Source: an uncultured Gammaproteobacteria bacterium
GTDB lineage: Bacteria; Patescibacteriota; Microgenomatia; CAZETR01; Amesbacteraceae
Direction: 5' to 3'
DNA: 54,787 bases
NCBI GenBank assembly: GCA_964356225.1
Contig: CAYHGA010000001.1
Span: 170,220 to 225,006, forward strand
Shown here: positions 54,203 to 54,787 of the stretch, one piece after another
How positions within the stretch are numbered: position 1 is the first letter of the stretch
Layout of the letters: each line of letters begins with the position of its first letter
Position numbers and translations under genes: made by a program
The notes under the pieces: model-generated
Told to the model about the DNA's origin: nothing
What the model saw: only the letters and a program-made list of their open reading frames with translations
Database searches by the model: none

Positions 54203-54751
54203 GTGAAGAGAAAAAGGATAACGGCTGACTGGTTAAGAAAGATTGGAGTGAGGGAAGTATTCATTTCCGGATTGTTGCTGGCTGCTTCTTTAGGCTGGAC
54301 GGGATGGAATAAATTGGAGGAAAAGAAAGTAAGATTTCCAGAAAGTGGGGTGGTGAGAATGATTACCGATGGAGATACGTTTGAGTTGCAGAACGGAATA
54401 CGGGTGCGGACTCTTGGAATTAATGCGCCCGCAAATGATGCAAAAAGTAAAGACGGACTAGCAAGACTGGTAAAGGATAAGAAAATTTGGTTGGAATACG
54501 ACAGATACCAGGATGATAAATATGGGCGGGTATTGGCTTGGGTATGGGTAAATTGTGAATTTACGCCGAAATTTTTACCAGCCGATTATATGCGCCTGTC
54601 GTTTAACCGTTCCCGACCGGGACTAATAGAAAATCCCCAGGGATGTAAAAAGGGCAAATTGGTTCAAGAGGAACTAGTAAAAGCAGGCTTGGTAAAAATT
54701 GAGGTATATAAAGACCGGGGCGAGCTGAAATACCCGTATTCAACTAACTAA
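54203..54751 (+). CDS. Thermonuclease (SNase-like), membrane-anchored
   Basis: TDGDTF; RVRTLGINAP; DKYGRVLAWV; LVKAGL. Confidence 0.88.
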   Translation: MKRKRITADWLRKIGVREVFISGLLLAASLGWTGWNKLEEKKVRFPESGVVRMITDGDTFELQNGIRVRTLGINAPANDAKSKDGLARLVKDKKIWLEYDRYQDDKYGRVLAWVWVNCEFTPKFLPADYMRLSFNRSRPGLIENPQGCKKGKLVQEELVKAGLVKIEVYKDRGELKYPYSTN

Positions 54752-54787
54752 CGCAACACTTGCAGGTGAGCAGAGAACACCTCCGCA

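Overview
This 54.8-kb window is gene-dense bacterial chromosome that most resembles a Patescibacteria/CPR (Microgenomates-like) genome. That assignment is inferred from DUF4012 and DUF5667 proteins, orphan VirD4/HerA-like ATPases, an archaeal-type TpiA, shortened enzymes, tRNAs without encoded CCA and a tRNA-Ile(UAU). The core content is dnaG-rpoD, a glycolysis/pentose-phosphate cluster (tpiA, rpiB, pgk, gap, rpe, split tkt, class I aldolase, PfkB), two class A PBPs, nrdR-nrdJ with a PduO-type adenosyltransferase, a Xer-like recombinase, FtsB and five tRNAs. Accessory content is a ~10-kb island after tRNA-Asn and five toxin-antitoxin modules, one of them a ~730-bp islet flanked by a duplicated tRNA-Ile 3' end. 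The most striking unexplained signal is sub-genic. At least three families of short palindromes and many 7-10-nt tandem repeats sit in-frame inside housekeeping genes, in the D-loop of a tRNA-like fragment and at promoter -10 boxes. About 15 genes also have a -10 hexamer 5-8 nt before the start codon (apparently leaderless), alongside a non-canonical initiator-like tRNA. All family assignments come from motif recognition by eye, not database searches.
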